Shown piece after piece: positions 63,101 through 64,000 of a stretch of 64,000 nucleotides of DNA. The stretch's first letter is position 1. The number at the start of each line of letters is the position of its first letter. The stretch comes from Malacoraja senta (Eukaryota), in the NCBI GenBank assembly GCA_038087875.1, contig CM075985.1, positions 12,338,001 to 12,402,000 on the forward strand, read 5' to 3'. Below the pieces are notes generated by a model. It searched no databases and had not been told where the DNA came from. It was given only the letters and a program-made list of their open reading frames with translations. The translations under genes were made by a program, and so were the position numbers.

Positions 63101-64000
63101 TTGCTCGGAACAGGATATCAGCTATTGACAGACCATTCCCTCAGACATATGGACAGGATTGTCTCACTGAAGACCTGCTCAAGGTGAGACATTATGAACC
63201 AGAGAGAAAATTTAACTCACAGGACCCATGGATTATGAGATTGCTTAGACTTTTCCATTACACAGCACCCACTTCCAGAACCTAGAGAATGCAGGAAAGG
63301 GGGCCCATGTGCCAAATGGGGAGATTTAAGGGAGGGGCATAATAGAAGGGTTAAGGGTCTGACAGAATTGGCTTTGATGGCAGTGTTTCATTGTCAGGAA
63401 TTGCCAAGTTTAGTTGTAGATTAGGAAGAATAGGCCTAAATGGGTGAATTTAAGATCATTCATGTTCAATCAGGTCTACTCTGCCATTCAATGTCAGGCA
63501 GTGTTCAACATCACTTTCCCACTCTCCTGACAATCCTTGATTTCCTCAGTGCCTAAAAGCCATTGATCTGTCTTCAATATAGTCAATGACTAAGCATCAC
63601 ATTCCCTTGAGGGGGACAGTTCAAAGTTACAACTGTCTGTGTTGGGAAATTCATCATCCCATCCAGTCCACTCCATCTCCTGTTGAAGTCCATTTGTTTT
63701 ACACCCCCACCTTTCTCACAGCAGTCCCAACCTCATTCCCTATCCCTGGCTTTGAAGATCATCCTGCCCTAATAGCCCATAGCTGAATTTTGCTTCCTGT
63801 GTCTTGAGCCTCTCAGCATTTCCCGGGCAAGTCGCCTTCAATTTCAGTGAGCTCCTTTCATTCTTCTAAATTATGGGGAATAGGGGCCCATTCTGTTCAA
63901 ACCCTCATAGGTCAAAAATCATTCCAACAATTCTTCCAAGTGTAAAAAAGACTAAATATGTGTACACTACTGAAATTGTGAAATCACCAAAAACATTATG
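50200..64000 (+). repeat. Near-identical direct duplicate of 18696-32497, including copies of six exons (50487-50613, 53070-53227, 54501-54698, 59819-60019, 62077-62220, 63082-63183)
   Basis: Constant offset of 31504, then 31503 after a 1-bp indel in a C-run (~26374-26381 vs ~57878-57884). G>A at 26621 vs 58124. The ORF track repeats identically apart from the ORFs merged by that indel. Confidence 0.97.

Overview
Vertebrate genomic DNA. The CR1, Rex1/Babar and Penelope-like repeats suggest a cartilaginous fish such as a skate or ray (inference). Three protein-coding genes can be supported. (1) ATP6V1F on the minus strand: two exons, 119 aa, with a CpG-island promoter built from a ~62-bp triplicated motif cassette. 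(2) Its neighbour ATP6V1FNB/SPMIP1 on the minus strand: two coding exons, 184 aa. (3) An uncharacterised multi-exon plus-strand gene, convergent with SPMIP1. Twelve of its exons (11320-35701) splice in frame by GT-AG rules into about 620 aa; candidate 5' exons and an RFX X-box lie upstream. Introns are dense in CR1, Rex1/Babar and Neptune-type Penelope-like elements (PLEs). The PLE copies carry a hammerhead-ribozyme-like core, and several are palindromic insertions with 11-13 bp target-site duplications (TSDs). After a 200-N gap (50000-50199), the last 13.8 kb repeats 18696-32497 almost exactly (I saw one indel and one substitution) and begins on a GATC. This is most likely a false duplication in the assembly. 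No prokaryote-type system such as CRISPR is present. TE boundaries are approximate unless a TSD is quoted.
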